Position numbers and translations under genes: made by a program. From Bacteroidales bacterium (GTDB taxonomy: Bacteria; Bacteroidota; Bacteroidia; Bacteroidales; UBA12481), in assembly GCA_041662065.1 (NCBI GenBank), contig JBAZTE010000004.1, forward strand, positions 197,620-261,619: 64,000 nt of DNA, written 5' to 3'. Positions 53,698 to 62,685 of this stretch are shown piece by piece; position 1 is the stretch's first letter, and every line of letters begins with the position of its first letter. The notes under the pieces were generated by a model. The model worked only from the letters and a program-made list of their open reading frames with translations. It was not told the origin of the DNA and made no database searches.

Positions 53698-54603
53698 ATG
53701 TTAAATACACCTGTTTCAAAACTAATTTCTGTTATCCCAGATGTGGTCTCTATTTTGGGTGACTATTCTTCAATTTCAATAAATTCCGTAATGCCAATAG
53801 GGGAAGCGGATGAAAATTCGCTGTCATGGATTCGAGCCGATATTGTTAATAAAATTGAAATAGCAAACTCAACAAAAGCAGGATTAGTAATCTGTGAAGA
53901 ATCAGGAGATATCGATTTTTCTATTTACGCCACGAATAAGAAATGTTTTGTTATTACAAAGAATGCTAAACTCGCTGTGATTAGAATTGTAGAACTCATT
54001 TATCCAAAACAAAAGAGCGGAATACATGAAAGCGTAGTAATTGCCTCAAATGCAAGAATTGGTCTGAATGTTACTATTGGTCCTAATTCAAATATTGGCG
54101 ATTCGTTTATAGGAGACAATGTAAAAATAGGTATGAATTGCATAATACATGATCGAGTTTGCATAAGTAATGGTGCTTTCATTCATGATAATTCAATAAT
54201 TGGTGGTGAAGGATTTAATTATGTTAAAGATAATCTCGGTATTTCTATAAAATTTCCATATATAGGTGGTGTGGAAATTGGCAGTAATGTAGAAATTGGC
54301 TCATTTAGTTATATTAGTTCTGGCGTTCTTGGAAAAACAAAAATTGATTCTGGTGCTAAAATTGGTCAATATTGTTATATTGGGGGTAATGTGTTTATTG
54401 GACTAAATACTCATATTAGGACTCGATCAACGATATGCGGTAGTGCTAAGGTAGGGACTGAGGTAATGATAGCACCTGCTGTAACAATTAGAGATGACAT
54501 CTCAATAGGTAATAATTCCATTATTGGGATGGGATCAATTGTTACCAAAAATGTTCCTTCCGGAGAAACATGGTATGGAAATCCCGCAACAAAAAGAAAA
54601 TAA
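53698..54603 (+). CDS. LpxD-like left-handed beta-helix N-acyltransferase
   Basis: 301 aa. An N-terminal non-repeat domain is followed by many hexapeptide repeats (IG.N..IG, IGDNVKIG, IGSNVEIG). Confidence 0.75.
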   Translation: MLNTPVSKLISVIPDVVSILGDYSSISINSVMPIGEADENSLSWIRADIVNKIEIANSTKAGLVICEESGDIDFSIYATNKKCFVITKNAKLAVIRIVELIYPKQKSGIHESVVIASNARIGLNVTIGPNSNIGDSFIGDNVKIGMNCIIHDRVCISNGAFIHDNSIIGGEGFNYVKDNLGISIKFPYIGGVEIGSNVEIGSFSYISSGVLGKTKIDSGAKIGQYCYIGGNVFIGLNTHIRTRSTICGSAKVGTEVMIAPAVTIRDDISIGNNSIIGMGSIVTKNVPSGETWYGNPATKRK

Positions 54604-54605
54604 GA

Positions 54606-55739
54606 ATGAAGAAGAGTATTATTTTTTTGACTCCTGATTATCACTGTTCCTTTTTTTACAGGGATGAGTTAAGAAAACTTGGCTGGAAAGCAGATATTTT
54701 TGTCCCTGCCTGGTACCCTCTAAAACTACTGTACTCCAAAAAGGATATAATAACAAATCATAGGGAATTAAGCAATAAAAATAATCTAATTTATCATATT
54801 AAAAATTTCTATAAATATAAATACTTTTTTTTCTATGGAGGGCTAGAGCAGTATTCTGTAATTATGTATATTTTTCATCGTATATTCTATCATCATTATT
54901 TAAGTAGAATATTTAATTATCCAAAATTTAGAATAGAACTATCGTTGGCTAAGTTGTTGAGAATAAAAATAATATACCTTCCAACAGGAGTGCCTGATGA
55001 AGATATGCCCCATATACTTGAAAAATTAGGAAATGAGGAAACTGGACTTAAATTCGAAGATTCGAAAAAAATGAAAAGGATCTTTAAAGTTATAAGAAGA
55101 TATTCAGACCTCAACATTGGACAAGGTACATTTAACTCAAGTCAATTTAAAGCAAGACATATCAAGTATAAATCAATAGATCTAAATCTTTGGCACCCAA
55201 ATATAAAAATACCTGATGATTACAAATTGCCCCAAACGAAAAACCTAAGGATTCTTCATTCAAGCATGTTCTCTGATGAGCGTATCAAAAAGCATGGTGG
55301 AGATATCAAAGGATCATTCTTTGTACAAAAAGCTGTCGAAAAATTAAAAGATGAAGGTTATAATATTGAGTTCCTCTTTATCAAAGACGTTTCATCGAAT
55401 CAGATGAGATTCCTTCAGGTCCAAGCTGACATCGTTGTTGAACAATTAATAAGAGGTTGGTGGGGATCAACCGGAGTAGAGACCATGGCTTTGGGCAAGC
55501 CTGTTGTTTGTTATTTAAGGCCAGAATGGAAGGAGTTTTTTTTCAAAACGTTTCCCGAATATGATGAGCTTCCTATAGTTGAAGCGAATAAAGTGAATAT
55601 CTATGATGTATTAAAGAATCTGGTGGAGGATGAGCAATTCAGAATAAATGCGGGAAGAAAATCTAGAGAATTTGCCGAAAGACATTTTAATCCAGAAACC
55701 AATGCAAAGGAATTGGAAGGGATTCTTTTAAAATTATAA
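54606..55739 (+). CDS. probable GT-B/CgeB-like glycosyltransferase
   Basis: C-terminal ..GWWGSTGVETMALGKPVVCYL.. is typical of GT-B C-terminal domains. The N-terminus is not recognised. Confidence 0.45.
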   Translation: MKKSIIFLTPDYHCSFFYRDELRKLGWKADIFVPAWYPLKLLYSKKDIITNHRELSNKNNLIYHIKNFYKYKYFFFYGGLEQYSVIMYIFHRIFYHHYLSRIFNYPKFRIELSLAKLLRIKIIYLPTGVPDEDMPHILEKLGNEETGLKFEDSKKMKRIFKVIRRYSDLNIGQGTFNSSQFKARHIKYKSIDLNLWHPNIKIPDDYKLPQTKNLRILHSSMFSDERIKKHGGDIKGSFFVQKAVEKLKDEGYNIEFLFIKDVSSNQMRFLQVQADIVVEQLIRGWWGSTGVETMALGKPVVCYLRPEWKEFFFKTFPEYDELPIVEANKVNIYDVLKNLVEDEQFRINAGRKSREFAERHFNPETNAKELEGILLKL

Positions 55740-55754
55740 TGTTAATTGTAGATT

Positions 55755-57677
55755 ATGTGTGGTATTGCTGGTATTAAATACTTAATAGATTCTAAGCAGG
55801 AATTGCATCACCACTTAATGGTGATGGGCGAATTGATAAAACATCGCGGCCCGGATGGCAGCGGAGTTTGGGTTCATGAATCCAATCAGGTGGGGTTTGC
55901 ACATCAAAGATTGAGCATCATCGATTTATCTGAGAATGCCAGTCAGCCCATGACCGACCATGAGGGAAATTGGATCGTTTACAATGGTGAAATCTATAAT
56001 TACAGGGAAGTTCGGGATGAGTTAGGGAAGGAATTTTTTCGGACACAATCGGATACGGAAGTTATTTTGCATGCTTACCGAAGATGGGGGAAAGGTTGTG
56101 TAAGCAAGTTTAGGGGCATGTTCGCTTTTGCCATCTGGGATGAAAAAGAGCAGATACTGTTTTGCGCCAGAGATCACTTTGGCATTAAGCCATTTTACTA
56201 TACTGTAATTAATCATACATTTTACTTTGCTTCGGAAATCAAAGCACTACTTCCATTCCTGGATTCCATCAGAACGGATATTGAGGGGCTGAAAGATTAC
56301 CTGACCTTCCAACTATGTCTTGGGGAAAAAACACTTTTCGAAGGAGTGAAAGAATTGCTTCCAGCTCATTGGATGACAATAAATGCTTCAGAAATAAAAA
56401 TCAACAAGTATTGGGAAGTATACTTTGAGCCCGATTATTCAAGAACCAGCTTTTATTTTGAAGAGAAACTAAGGGAGCTTTTAGAAGATTCGATAAAGGT
56501 TCACTTGCGAAGTGACGTACCTGTCGGATCGTATATAAGTGGTGGCCTGGACTCCAGTGCAATTGCCTCCATTGCATCAAACCATCAGAATCTTGGAGAT
56601 ATGATGGGATTCACTGGAAAATTTTCAGAATATGGGCCGCAATTTGATGAGAGTCGATACGCGCAATTGATCGCCGATGAAAAGAAGTTCCTCCTCAAAA
56701 CCATTGATATTAAAGCACAAGATTTTATCCAGAATATTCAAAAGGTCATCTATCACCTGGATTATCCTGTCGCAGGACCTGGGTCTTTCCCTCAATTCAT
56801 GGTTTCAAAACTGGCAGCTAAGGATAGAAAAGTGGTGTTGGGAGGTCAGGGTGGGGATGAGATATTTGGTGGATACACCCGTTATTTAATAGCATATTTC
56901 GAACAATGCATCAAAGCAGCCATCGATGGATCTTCAAACAATGGAAATTTCGTGGTTACCTACGAATCCATCATCCCGAATTTGGTTGCATTGCAAAACT
57001 ATAAACCTATGTTACGCCAATTTTGGAGTGAGGGTTTATTCGAAAGTATGGACAGGCGATACTTTCAATTGATTAACCGTGCTCCAGACCTGGGTGACGA
57101 AATTCGTTGGGATTGCCTCGAACCCTACTCCGCGCGGCAAACCTTTTCAGCAATATTCAATGGTCAAAATGTTAAAAAGGAGTCCTATTTCGACTTGATG
57201 ACCCATTTCGATTTCAAAACACTACTTCCGGGGTTGCTGCAAGTGGAAGATCGCATGAGCATGGCCCATGGATTGGAATCAAGGGTGCCCTTGCTCGATA
57301 GAGCAATTGTCGAATTAGCGGCGACTATTCCTGCGGATATCAAGTTCAAAAATGGGAATATGAAGCATATTCTCAAACAGGTCGTGAGGCCATGGCTGCC
57401 TAAAGAAATCTTTGAAAGAAAAGACAAAATGGGTTTTCCGACCCCATTCAATGACTGGATCAAAGGAGAAGCCGGGGAATTTGTATTCGACATTTTGGGA
57501 TCACAAGCGGCCCTCAACAGAGATATCATTGATAACCGAAAAGTACTGGAGAAGCTTGACAAAGAAAGTCATTATGGAAGAAAAATTTGGGGTCTGTTAA
57601 GTTTGGAACTATGGAATCAGGAGTTTATTGATAAAGGACAAATGTTTAAAAATTATCTAAATAGAAATTACGAATGA
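55755..57677 (+). CDS. asparagine synthase-like amidotransferase, copy 2
   Basis: MCGIAG, HRGPDG, and the PP-loop SGGLDSS. Confidence 0.9.
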   Translation: MCGIAGIKYLIDSKQELHHHLMVMGELIKHRGPDGSGVWVHESNQVGFAHQRLSIIDLSENASQPMTDHEGNWIVYNGEIYNYREVRDELGKEFFRTQSDTEVILHAYRRWGKGCVSKFRGMFAFAIWDEKEQILFCARDHFGIKPFYYTVINHTFYFASEIKALLPFLDSIRTDIEGLKDYLTFQLCLGEKTLFEGVKELLPAHWMTINASEIKINKYWEVYFEPDYSRTSFYFEEKLRELLEDSIKVHLRSDVPVGSYISGGLDSSAIASIASNHQNLGDMMGFTGKFSEYGPQFDESRYAQLIADEKKFLLKTIDIKAQDFIQNIQKVIYHLDYPVAGPGSFPQFMVSKLAAKDRKVVLGGQGGDEIFGGYTRYLIAYFEQCIKAAIDGSSNNGNFVVTYESIIPNLVALQNYKPMLRQFWSEGLFESMDRRYFQLINRAPDLGDEIRWDCLEPYSARQTFSAIFNGQNVKKESYFDLMTHFDFKTLLPGLLQVEDRMSMAHGLESRVPLLDRAIVELAATIPADIKFKNGNMKHILKQVVRPWLPKEIFERKDKMGFPTPFNDWIKGEAGEFVFDILGSQAALNRDIIDNRKVLEKLDKESHYGRKIWGLLSLELWNQEFIDKGQMFKNYLNRNYE

Positions 57678-58603
57678 AATATTTAAAAGCAATAGCCTCC
57701 ATGATCATAAATGATTTAAGACAAAATAAAAAAAGATCAGCTGCCAGGAAAGGTTCTGCTGCTTATTGGACTTCTCATATGGTGGCTGATGAGACGTTTA
57801 AGGATCGTGAATCATCCTTAGATCATTTTCATTGGAGGAATGCCCAGTATCCCGGTTATATTGAATTGATGCCTGTTTCAGGCTATGATAACAAGGTAAT
57901 TGTTGATTACGGATGTGGACCAGGTAATGATTTGGTTGGATTTACAGAATTCTCGAAACCCCAAAAGTTATATGGTTTAGATGTATCAAAAACTGCTTTA
58001 ATTGCCTCTGAAAAGCGTTTAAAATTGCATAGAGGGAAAATAGATTTGATACATATTGAAGAAAACGAAAATAAAATACCGCTTCCTGACAAATCTGTTG
58101 ATTTGATTCATAGTTCAGGTGTCCTGCATCATTGTAAGAATTTAGATGCAATTCTTATGGAGTTTTATCGAATTTTAAAGGACGATGGACAAATTCAAAT
58201 AATGATTTACAATTACGATAGTTTATGGTTACATTTATATACTGCGTACATGCATCAAATTGAACGTAATTTATATGCAGATTTAGATATACGAAAAGCT
58301 TTTAAACATACTACAGACGGACCCGATTGCCCTATATCAAAATGTTATAAGTCTGATGAATTTACATCCTATGTTGAACAATTCGGTTTCATAGGGAAGC
58401 TTAAAGGGGTATCCATTTCACTAACAGAGTTATCCATATTACCAAAGAGATTTGATGCTATTCAAAATAGGAAACTACCACGAGAACATCGGGAGTTTTT
58501 GAGTGAGATCATTTTTGATGAAAAAGGTTGGCCACTTTACAAGAATCAAGTGGCAGGTATTGATTCGTGTTTTAGTTTAAAAAAGAAACAGAAAAAAGAA
58601 TGA
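57674..58603 (+). CDS. class I SAM-dependent methyltransferase
   Basis: Motif I VIVDYGCGPGNDL; motif II region VDLIHSSGVLHH. Confidence 0.8.
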   Translation: MKYLKAIASMIINDLRQNKKRSAARKGSAAYWTSHMVADETFKDRESSLDHFHWRNAQYPGYIELMPVSGYDNKVIVDYGCGPGNDLVGFTEFSKPQKLYGLDVSKTALIASEKRLKLHRGKIDLIHIEENENKIPLPDKSVDLIHSSGVLHHCKNLDAILMEFYRILKDDGQIQIMIYNYDSLWLHLYTAYMHQIERNLYADLDIRKAFKHTTDGPDCPISKCYKSDEFTSYVEQFGFIGKLKGVSISLTELSILPKRFDAIQNRKLPREHREFLSEIIFDEKGWPLYKNQVAGIDSCFSLKKKQKKE

Positions 58604-59535
58604 AAGTAATCATTACAGGTGGTCTTGGACAAATTGGATCACACATTGCGGAAATGCTCCTGGAGCGGGGGGATCAAGTTCTGGTTATTGATAACCTAGC
58701 AACTGGAAGAAAAGAACACCTACATAGCTATCCGAATCTTCAATTAGTGGTTGATACTATTGCCAAAAGAGAAATGGTATTCAGCCTGACGGAAGAATTC
58801 CAACCGGATGTCATTGTGCATACTGCTGCTTCATATAAAGATCCGGATGATTGGTATAACGATACTCTAACCAATTGTGTTGGAGGAGCAAACATCGTAC
58901 AAGCTGCTAAAACTTTCAGAGTAAAGCGATTTATTTATTTCCAGACGGCCCTGTGTTATGGTCAGAAACCACAGGAGCAACCGATCACATTCAAACATCC
59001 TCGTATTCCTTCCGGAAGCAGTTATGCCATAACCAAGACAACAAATGAATTGTTTGTTGAACTGTCTGGTATCGATTATGTAACATTCCGTCTTGCCAAT
59101 GTAATAGGACCCAGGAACGTCGCCGGTCCATTGCCAATATTCTACCAAAGGCTGAAAGACGGCAAAAAATGTTTTGTAACCAGGTCACGTCGCGATTTTG
59201 TCTTTGTGAAAGATCTTGCAAAAACGGTTCTCAAAGCTTGCGATGGTACTGGGTATGGTGTATACCATTTCTCAACCGGCAATGACGTTTCTATTAAAGA
59301 GCTCTATGATGCTGTAGTCAAAGCCATGGGTTTTACTGAATACCCTGAACCGGAAATCAAAGACATCGGCCCGGATGATGTATTCTCCATTCTGTTAGAT
59401 CCGTCAAGAACTTATACCGATTTTGGGAGGATTGATTTCACGCCCATAGAAACAACGGTTGCGGAGGCTATACAATACTATAAAACCTACGGTACACTTG
59501 GAGAATACACACATTTACGCGAAGAAAAGAACTAA
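58600..59535 (+). CDS. NAD-dependent epimerase/dehydratase (SDR), tandem paralogue 1
   Basis: VIITGGLGQIGSH, YAITKT (YxxxK). Confidence 0.85.
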   Translation: MKVIITGGLGQIGSHIAEMLLERGDQVLVIDNLATGRKEHLHSYPNLQLVVDTIAKREMVFSLTEEFQPDVIVHTAASYKDPDDWYNDTLTNCVGGANIVQAAKTFRVKRFIYFQTALCYGQKPQEQPITFKHPRIPSGSSYAITKTTNELFVELSGIDYVTFRLANVIGPRNVAGPLPIFYQRLKDGKKCFVTRSRRDFVFVKDLAKTVLKACDGTGYGVYHFSTGNDVSIKELYDAVVKAMGFTEYPEPEIKDIGPDDVFSILLDPSRTYTDFGRIDFTPIETTVAEAIQYYKTYGTLGEYTHLREEKN

Positions 59536-59540
59536 GATAG

Positions 59541-60467
59541 ATGAGATTACTAATTACCGGAGGCGCCGGATGCCTTGGATCAAATTTGATTGAGCGTTAT
59601 CTGCCCCAAGACCATGAAATATGTGTCATCGACAATTTTGCTACAGGCAAACGGGAAGTAGTTCCGGAGGTGAACGGTCTCAATTTGGTTGAAGGTTCGG
59701 TTAGCGATATGAAATTAGTGTTTGATGTCTTTGAGCATTTTAGGCCTGACATTGTCATTCATAGTGCAGCTTCTTACAAGTATCCGACAGCATGGGGGGA
59801 AGATACCTCCACCAATGTCCTGGGATCTATTCATATCGCAAAGGCAGCGGAGAAGTTCAAAGTACAAAAAATCATCAACTTTCAAACTGCACTGTGCTAT
59901 GGTCGACCGGCGAAAGTACCCATTCCGATTGATCATCCGACGGCTCCGTTTACAAGTTATGGGATTTCTAAAACGGCCGGTGAAGCCTATCTGATGAAAA
60001 GTGGATTGCCAGTCATATCCCTCCGTTTAGCGAACATTTGCGCTCCTCGACTAGCCATTGGACCCATTCCAACATTCTATAAACGTCTGAAGGCAGGTCA
60101 AAATTGTTTTTGCAGCGATACCATACGTGATTTTCTGGACATTCATGATTTTTATTCGTTGATGGACAGGATTTTATTTGCCAGTGATCAACTGGGTATT
60201 TATAATGTTTCGACGGGTGTAGGGAATTCAATCCTGGATGTACTCAATACAGTTGCGGAGTATCTCAAAATGAATGTATCGGAAGTTCCGATAGTTCCAC
60301 CTGGTGCAGACGATGTACCCAAAGTTGTTCTTGATCCCTCCGCTACGGAGCGGGTGTTTAATTGGAAAGCTGATATCGATTTTAAAAAGACTATTATAAA
60401 CCAGCTGGAATGGTACGATAAATATGGAGTGAACGATATCTTCAGCCATCTGGCCGGATCGAAGTGA
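59541..60467 (+). CDS. NAD-dependent epimerase/dehydratase (SDR), tandem paralogue 2
   Basis: LLITGGAGCLGSN, YGISKT. Colinear with 58600-59535 (..VIDNFATGKRE.., ..FQTALCYG..). Confidence 0.85.
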   Translation: MRLLITGGAGCLGSNLIERYLPQDHEICVIDNFATGKREVVPEVNGLNLVEGSVSDMKLVFDVFEHFRPDIVIHSAASYKYPTAWGEDTSTNVLGSIHIAKAAEKFKVQKIINFQTALCYGRPAKVPIPIDHPTAPFTSYGISKTAGEAYLMKSGLPVISLRLANICAPRLAIGPIPTFYKRLKAGQNCFCSDTIRDFLDIHDFYSLMDRILFASDQLGIYNVSTGVGNSILDVLNTVAEYLKMNVSEVPIVPPGADDVPKVVLDPSATERVFNWKADIDFKKTIINQLEWYDKYGVNDIFSHLAGSK

Positions 60468-60482
60468 TTAAAAAAGACATAT

Positions 60483-61559
60483 ATGATATTAACAAACTCT
60501 AAAATACTCATAGTAGGTGGAGCAGGTTTTGTCGGAAGTAACCTGGCGCATCACTTACTGGACCTTCATGCTCCACAAAGCGTATGGATCATTGATAACC
60601 TGCTTTCATCAGATATTTCCAATGTACCAAACGACTCGAGGGTAAACTTCGTTTTCGGATCTATTGCTAACGACAAGATATTGAACGCTCTACCGACGAA
60701 CCTTGATGTGGTCTTTCATTTGGCGTGTTACCACGGAAATCAGTCTTCAATAGCTGATCCTTTGGCTGATCACGCAAACAACACTGTCACCAGTCTGAAG
60801 CTCTTCGATTTGCTAAAGGGTTTTAAGAATCTCAAAAAGGTTGTATATGCAGCTGCTGGTTGCGCAGTAGCTGAAAAGACCTTCGGTGACGCGAAGCCAA
60901 CATCTGAAGATGCGCCTGTTTCTTTATTTCATGATAGCCCTTATTCCATATCTAAGCTAATCGGTGAGATGTATGGAAACTATTACTTTCGGCAATATGG
61001 ATTTCCTTTCGTAAAGGCACGTTTTCAGAATGTATATGGCCCAAGGGAAATTTTAGGTGCTGGAAGATGGCGGGGCACACCTCATACGATTTGGCGTAAT
61101 GTTATACCCACCTTCATTTGGAAGTCATTGCATGGTGAAGCCTTACCGCTCGATAATGCAGGTAATGCAAGTCGAGATTTTATTTTTGTGGAGGATATTG
61201 TACGCGGATTAATTGCATGTATTGAGTACGGTGAGCCAGGGCAAGCCTATAATCTTGCTACGGGGGTTGAGACCAATATGCTTGAGTTAGCAAACAGGAT
61301 CAATGTCATTACTGGCAACAAATCTTCGGTTTACCTTCGACCGGCCCGAGATTGGGATCGATCTGGTAAACGATTTGGTGCGACTGAAAAGTCGCGAGAC
61401 AAACTTGGTTTCGTTACGGAAACAGATATCCAGAAAGGTTTAGAAAGAACAGTAGAATGGACAAGAGTGAATCAGAAGCTAATCGAGAGAACCATAGCAA
61501 ATCATGATCTAATTATGGCACAACTCAATAGAGATTCACGGCAAAGCGAGAAAACATGA
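60483..61559 (+). CDS. NAD-dependent epimerase/dehydratase (SDR), tandem paralogue 3 (longer)
   Basis: ILIVGGAGFVGSN, YSISKLIGE. Confidence 0.85.
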   Translation: MILTNSKILIVGGAGFVGSNLAHHLLDLHAPQSVWIIDNLLSSDISNVPNDSRVNFVFGSIANDKILNALPTNLDVVFHLACYHGNQSSIADPLADHANNTVTSLKLFDLLKGFKNLKKVVYAAAGCAVAEKTFGDAKPTSEDAPVSLFHDSPYSISKLIGEMYGNYYFRQYGFPFVKARFQNVYGPREILGAGRWRGTPHTIWRNVIPTFIWKSLHGEALPLDNAGNASRDFIFVEDIVRGLIACIEYGEPGQAYNLATGVETNMLELANRINVITGNKSSVYLRPARDWDRSGKRFGATEKSRDKLGFVTETDIQKGLERTVEWTRVNQKLIERTIANHDLIMAQLNRDSRQSEKT

Positions 61560-62626
61560 AAATTGCCACAATTGTCGGCGCACGTCCCCAGTTTATTAAA
61601 GCCGCAGTAGTTTCAAGGGTGATACGTGATACGGATGGTATTGATGAAAAACTGATCCATACCGGGCAGCATTTCGACACCAATATGTCGGACGTATTTT
61701 TCGATGAGCTCGACATTCGCATGCCGGATTATAACCTTGGTATTGGCGGAGGCACTCACGGCCAGAATACGGGACGCATGATTGAGGCTATTGAAAATGT
61801 GTTGATCGAACTTCGCCCGGAGAAAGTGCTCGTTTATGGTGACACCGACTCAACCCTTGCCGGGGCACTCGCAGCCGCAAAGCTGCATATTCCTATAGCA
61901 CATGTCGAGTCGGGGTTGCGCTCGTTCAATCGGCGCATGCCCGAAGAAATAAACCGAGTGTTGACAGATCATGCCGCCGACTTGCTCTTTGCTCCAACCG
62001 ATACCTCTGTACTTAATCTGAGAAATGAAGGAATAGATGCGGGGAAGGTATATCAAGTTGGCGATGTGATGTACGATGCAACACTTTTCTACTGCAATCG
62101 CACCAGGCGTCCACCGAGTTTTGAGGGATTTTCAGAGAATTTTGTGCTTTGTACGATTCACCGTGCTGAAAACACTGACGATATCTTACGCTTGAATCGA
62201 ATTCTAGATGCTCTTAGTACAATTTCTTCTGAGTATACGGTCATCCTTCCAATTCACCCGAGAACAGCTGGTGTGATAAAAAAAATGCCACAAACCAAGA
62301 AAAATTCCAATTTTAAGATTATTGAACCTATGGGATTTCTGGAAATGCAATGGTTATTACAACATTGTAAAGTCGTTATAACAGATAGTGGAGGGGTTCA
62401 GAAAGAGGCTTATTTTCACCAAAAGCCATGTGTGACGATTCGTGATGAAACGGAGTGGGTGGAATTAATAAGGTTAGGTGTTAACAAATTAGCGCCACCT
62501 TTGGCGAATAATAATATTCTCGATTGCTTTTATTCAATGCTGAATAAGACCATCCAAAATGATCATTCACTCTATGGTAAAGGTGATGCAGGATGGCAAA
62601 TAGTTGGATTACTTTCTAATGAATAA
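61556..62626 (+). CDS. UDP-N-acetylglucosamine 2-epimerase family, second copy (WbpI/WecB-like)
   Basis: IVGARPQFIKAA, HTGQH, YGDTDSTLAGALAA, HVESGLRS, TDSGGVQKEA. Confidence 0.9.
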   Translation: MKIATIVGARPQFIKAAVVSRVIRDTDGIDEKLIHTGQHFDTNMSDVFFDELDIRMPDYNLGIGGGTHGQNTGRMIEAIENVLIELRPEKVLVYGDTDSTLAGALAAAKLHIPIAHVESGLRSFNRRMPEEINRVLTDHAADLLFAPTDTSVLNLRNEGIDAGKVYQVGDVMYDATLFYCNRTRRPPSFEGFSENFVLCTIHRAENTDDILRLNRILDALSTISSEYTVILPIHPRTAGVIKKMPQTKKNSNFKIIEPMGFLEMQWLLQHCKVVITDSGGVQKEAYFHQKPCVTIRDETEWVELIRLGVNKLAPPLANNNILDCFYSMLNKTIQNDHSLYGKGDAGWQIVGLLSNE

Positions 62627-62685
62627 TACAATTTAGTTAGCCAAAACTTTGTTAAGAATCCACCAATCTAAGAGGGAATTTAAAC

